64,000 nt of DNA from assembly GCA_964618725.1 (NCBI GenBank), contig CAZUBK010000001.1, positions 2,079 to 66,078 of the forward strand, read 5' to 3'. The notes beneath the pieces were generated by a model. That model did no database searches, was not told where the DNA came from, and was given only the letters and a program-made list of their open reading frames with translations. Each line of letters begins with the position of its first letter. The first letter of the stretch is position 1. Source of the stretch: an uncultured Pseudomonadales bacterium. Its GTDB lineage: Bacteria > Patescibacteriota > Microgenomatia > UBA1400 > Chazhemtobacteraceae. The translations under genes were made by a program, and so were the position numbers. Shown in pieces: positions 63,489 through 64,000 of the stretch.

Positions 63489-64000
63489 TTATATTTGAGC
63501 AACGATAAGGAGGTGACTACCAAGTGAGGGAAAGAAGTCACCTAGCCTCATACTGAGCTGTCTGAGAGATTTGGGGAACCACGGCTTGGTGATGAAGGGA
63601 TTAAAGAAGTTGGGCGAGGTAGCCAGTTTGACCTTGAAACCGTTTTCTTGGAGCTGTTTTCTGAGAATGGGAAGAGTATAGAGATGGATGTGGCCAGCAC
63701 CAACTTTACTGTATTCAAGATACTTGGGATATAGACCGAAAAAGAGCTTAAGACGATTAGGTAATGAGGCAAGATTGGGGGTCGAGATGATTAGAAATCG
63801 TTTTGGCTTAAGAACACGATGGATCTCTGAGAGAAACAAATCAGTATCAAAGAGATGCTCGATTACTTCTAAAGCGAAGATCAGGTCAAATGTATTGCCT
63901 TTGTATGGTAGTGGCTTATCGAGATTATGAACAATTGCGTTTACGTCAATAGATTTCGCCTTTTTAATCGAGGATGACGGCAAATCGAGTCCGAAGGGAG
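63489..64000 (-). CDS. Class I SAM-dependent methyltransferase (partial; the N-terminus lies beyond the window end)
   Basis: The post-motif II block DLIFALEVIEHL is typical of Methyltransf_11/25 enzymes. The SAM-binding motif I should lie upstream of 64000. Confidence 0.45.
   Translation of the reverse strand, partial: PFGLDLPSSSIKKAKSIDVNAIVHNLDKPLPYKGNTFDLIFALEVIEHLFDTDLFLSEIHRVLKPKRFLIISTPNLASLPNRLKLFFGLYPKYLEYSKVGAGHIHLYTLPILRKQLQENGFKVKLATSPNFFNPFITKPWFPKSLRQLSMRLGDFFPSLGSHLLIVAQI

Noticed and set aside
1-64000. CRISPR arrays, rRNA genes and intact insertion sequences
   Set aside because: No regularly spaced short direct repeats, no rRNA-like conserved stretches and no full-length transposase ORF are present. 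The only IS trace is a 52-codon IS30 fragment.

Overview
This 64 kb window is moderately AT-rich (about 42% GC), gene-dense and looks bacterial. Short proteins, non-ATG starts and a fermentative gene set suggest a small-genome lineage such as the Candidate Phyla Radiation.

Housekeeping content, all assigned from recognisable protein motifs:
- ruvC-ruvA-ruvB operon.
- An SOS-type cluster: lexA divergent from uvrB, then uvrA and a short uvrC.
- A glycolytic block: phosphohexomutase, archaeal-type PGI/PMI, PEP synthase, enolase, iPGM.
- An Acs-like ligase, rsmI, and the alpha/beta subunits of a 2-oxoacid:ferredoxin oxidoreductase.
- typA/bipA, a pncB-nadE-adk-like NAD salvage operon, secG, and a TlyA-type rRNA methyltransferase.
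- A GT2 plus GT-C-like glycosylation pair.
- tRNA-Gln, tRNA-Gly and tRNA-Phe.

Accessory content:
- A HigB/HigA-type toxin-antitoxin pair (2.0-2.5 kb).
- An AbiEii/DUF1814 nucleotidyltransferase translationally coupled to a small upstream gene (41.2-42.1 kb).
- A Mrr-like PD-(D/E)xK nuclease two-gene module beside a tRNA pair and an HNH endonuclease (59-61.7 kb).
- An IS30-family transposase relic (52.76-52.92 kb).
- A DUF4157-like zincin, a secreted transglutaminase-like protein, and a secreted GH-like/DUF192 fusion.

The most unusual locus is at 3.27-8.85 kb. Two tandem paralogs of a large protein carry a carboxylate-amine-ligase-like G-Y-E-x-E-F motif, similar to the N-terminal strand of YbdK/GCS2 and PafA/Dop. 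The second copy is 5'-truncated and has no start codon on its still-homologous upstream stretch. Immediately upstream, a 32-aa ORF not in the supplied table encodes an extremely acidic peptide ending in Leu-Gly-Glu. It has its own consensus promoter, a 5'-UTR hairpin, a strong RBS and a GC-rich hairpin separating it from the ligase genes. An M3 oligoendopeptidase is divergently transcribed. I read this as a candidate Pup-like peptide-tagging or peptide-modification system.

I also see:
- A shared TTGACT-TTCGGGTA promoter/operator-like element upstream of lexA, higBA, uvrA and the HNH gene.
- A perfect 8-7-8 palindrome over the pncB promoter.
- Two 48-nt direct repeats flanking a ybaK-like gene.
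- A 166-nt out-of-frame overlap between uvrC and the transglutaminase gene.
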